From Callorhinchus milii (lineage: Eukaryota): a stretch of DNA of 64,000 bases. This document shows positions 61,342 through 64,000 of this stretch, one piece after another. The position numbers were made by a program, and so were the translations under genes. The notes beneath the pieces were generated by a model. That model saw nothing but the letters and a program-made list of their open reading frames with translations. It had not been told where the DNA came from and ran no database searches. Location: the NCBI RefSeq assembly GCF_018977255.1, contig NW_024704743.1, positions 68,822,001-68,886,000 on the forward strand. The letters run 5' to 3'. Positions within the stretch are counted from its first letter, which is position 1. Every line of letters starts with the position of its first letter.

Positions 61342-62655
61342 CAGGTCCTACCTTTCATACTCCTCCACTTCGTCTCAGAAAACGGCTTCTCCTCCAGCCC
61401 CCGGTCTCTTCAACCGTGCCTTCAGCTCCCCTCTCGACTCTCTATCCCCTCCTCGCTCCCTCCCCTCAACCTGACCATTTCCCCCCTGCTAGGGTCCCGA
61501 CCCAACTGTCCAACGCCTTGGGACGTCCTCCCGATGTGAAAGGCGCTCTATAAATGCAATCTTGTTGTTGTTATTTTTGTCTTGTGCGGCATTCCTCAGG
61601 GCTCTGTCCTCGGTCCCCTCCTCTTCACTCTCTACATGCTCCCCCTTGGTGACGTCATCCGCAGACATGGGGTAAATTTCCACACATATGCAGATGATAC
61701 CCAACTCTACCTCTCTGCCCCCACCCTCAACTCCAGGACTACTGGTGTCCTGACCGACTGTCTGTCCAACATCAAGTCCTGGACGAGAGACAGCTTCCTC
61801 CAACTAAACGTCAGCAAGACCGAGGCCCTCCTGATTGGCTCACGCCAGCGCCTCCGCACCTCAGGCGCTGGCAGCATCAGCCTCCACGGCTGCACACTCA
61901 ACCTCACTAAGCCAGTCATGAACCTGGGTATCTTGTTTGTCCCTGAACTGTCCTTTCTCCCCCACATCCGCACCTGACCGGCACCGCCTACCACCACCTC
62001 CGCAACATTGCCAGACTCCACCACTGCCTCACCCCTCAGGCTGCCGAAACCCTCACCCACGCATTCATCACCTCAAGGCTCGATTATGGAAATTCCCTCC
62101 TCATTGGCCTTCCAAACTCTTTCCTTCACAAGCTGCAGATCATCCAAAACTCTGCAGCTCGTGTACGCTCGCACACCAGGCTTCGTGACCCCATCACTCC
62201 TACCCTCGCCCGACCACTGGCTCCCCATCCCTCAGAGGATCGAATTCAAGATCCTCGTCCTCACTTTCAGGGCCATCCATGGCCTTGCCCCCTCCTACCT
62301 CTCTGACCTGTTGACTCCCTACCAACCCGCCCGCTCCCTCCATTGAGCGGGCTCCGGCCTGCTCCATGTCTCCCGCCCTACCATCGGGGGCCGGGCTTTC
62401 AGCCTCTCTGCCCCCCCTACACTCTGGAACTCCATCCCACGGTCCCTTCGCCTCACTTCCTCCCTTGCCTCCTTCAAGGCCAGTCTCAAGAACCTTCTCC
62501 CATCGTGCTTTTGGCCGTCCTCCCACCTCTCCTTCTTCCCTCACCCCTACACCACCCCTCCCCCATGCTCGGGTCCTGACCCCTGGCTGTCCAGAGCCTT
62601 GGGTCGTCCTCCCAACGTGAAAGGCACTCTATAAATGTAATTTTGTTGTTGTTGT
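61342..62655 (+). mobile_element. L2 LINE ~1.15 kb with a younger L2 tail (~61405-61575) nested inside
   Basis: ORF 61582-61977 [29 protein letters not shown]; two (GTT)n tails. Confidence 0.95.
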
Positions 62656-64000
62656 TCTATAAAAACACAAGCTCTTTTCTTTCTCAACAACAGATGCATA
62701 GTCCCGACATTATTAGTCCAGCAACAGACTTTACTGGGTTCTGGAGCCAAGCCAGCTTGTTCTGCTTTACAAAAGCTTTGTGGCTAATCCCTCGACCAAA
62801 AAGTTTACTTTGCATGTCATTTTTATACTTTGTTACATCAGGTTCTGTATGATCTAACGAAAAGCATTTTCTGTTTTATGTAGGTACAGAGTCTGGTGGG
62901 GAAGAGAGAAGCCTTGATAAGAAACGGCTGGGCTAGATTTTCGTTTACTGTCTGAAGATAGTTAGTACTTTGAACCAAAAGTCTGAGGTCAGTGACTTGA
63001 AATGACTTGGATTTATTTGCATTACTGGCAGCTGAATACAATGACTGATGTTTTTAAAGCAGATTGACTGCCAACATCAGGGTGTTGTAGATCAGGTCTC
63101 CGAATTAATCCGCATATAATGCAGACACAAATTGTTTCCTAACTTGAAAGTTTGGTTGGTGAATTGGATTCAAATATTCACTTTATTTATCGTTTATTAA
63201 CAAGCCAGTGCCAGTATCCTTTTTGGTTTTTTTAAAAATAGTTTTACCAAAACATTTTGATTATTATTCTAATAACGAGCTATAAACTTTAACATAAGCT
63301 AAAATGTGAACTATTGTAGCTGTTTTTGTTGTATTTTCCAAAGATGGACAATGTAACTTGTAGAATGTTTTATAGAGCAAAGGTGGGTAGATATCAGGAG
63401 CCTTTCATGCTGCATTTGTACAGCTGAGAGTGAAGCAACATCATTCTCAGGGATCTAGCTCTATGAAGCTCACTGAATACCTTGAATTTTTTGGTTCAAT
63501 GCTATTGACTTAAAATGGAAGATTATACATAATGTTGGAAAGCAATCTTATATTCGGTGTTATTTGGCTCCGGTATCCTGCATGTCCCTTGTGTCCTCTG
63601 TTCCACCATCGGTGGCTTTCAGTCACTCCCCCCTGAAACTCTGGAGCACTCTTCCTCTAGCCCACTGCCTTGCCCCTTCCTTCCCCACCTTCAGAAGACC
63701 TTCCTCTTCGACCATGCCTACGGTCACCTCCCCCCAGTTCAGTGTCATGCCCCGCGACTGTCAAGTGTTCTTGGACGCTACCCTGCGTGAGCAACACTAT
63801 TGGTTATGGTTGGTGGCGTTAATTTAGATGCTGATATTCCAGAGATTCCAAATTGAGACTGAATTTAAAGCTGTTCTCTAAAATTCCACAAAATCTTTAA
63901 TTTTAAGATATTGGTTTTAAGCCTAAGGAGGTGACAAATTTGGGATCTATATTTCTGTTTCACACATTGCATAATGTCAGGGTTAAAACACCTGATTTGG

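Overview
Repeat-rich vertebrate genomic DNA. The CR1, L2, Deu-SINE and Penelope repertoire suggests a cartilaginous fish, probably a chimaera (inference). One host gene is fully supported: biliverdin reductase A (BLVRA) on the minus strand. It has six coding exons with GT-AG boundaries (30698-30816, 20577-20696, 18008-18105, 17029-17136, 14153-14324, 13307-13565; 876 nt, 291 aa), plus a probable upstream exon at a CpG island (~38068-38430) that can add 18 in-frame residues. Most of the rest is transposon-derived: a young CR1, many L2 fragments, an L2-tailed tRNA-Ala SINE, Deu-domain SINEs, Penelope, RTE and hAT MITEs. The most unusual observations are: (1) a non-autonomous Helitron-like element at ~8409-9033 carrying a promoter, signal-peptide exon and intron start resembling TMEM87 exon 1, now decaying by CpG deamination; (2) an unclassified ~500-bp non-coding repeat family (about 11 copies) with fixed ends, two independent tail-to-head junctions and a structured 5' end containing CUGAUGA, possibly spreading via a circular or tandem intermediate; (3) an L2-tail insertion carrying an exact 27-nt copy of sequence 1.7 kb away; (4) a perfect 90-bp duplication in the BLVRA promoter. 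Family and homology calls come from recalled motifs, not database searches. Repeat boundaries are approximate.
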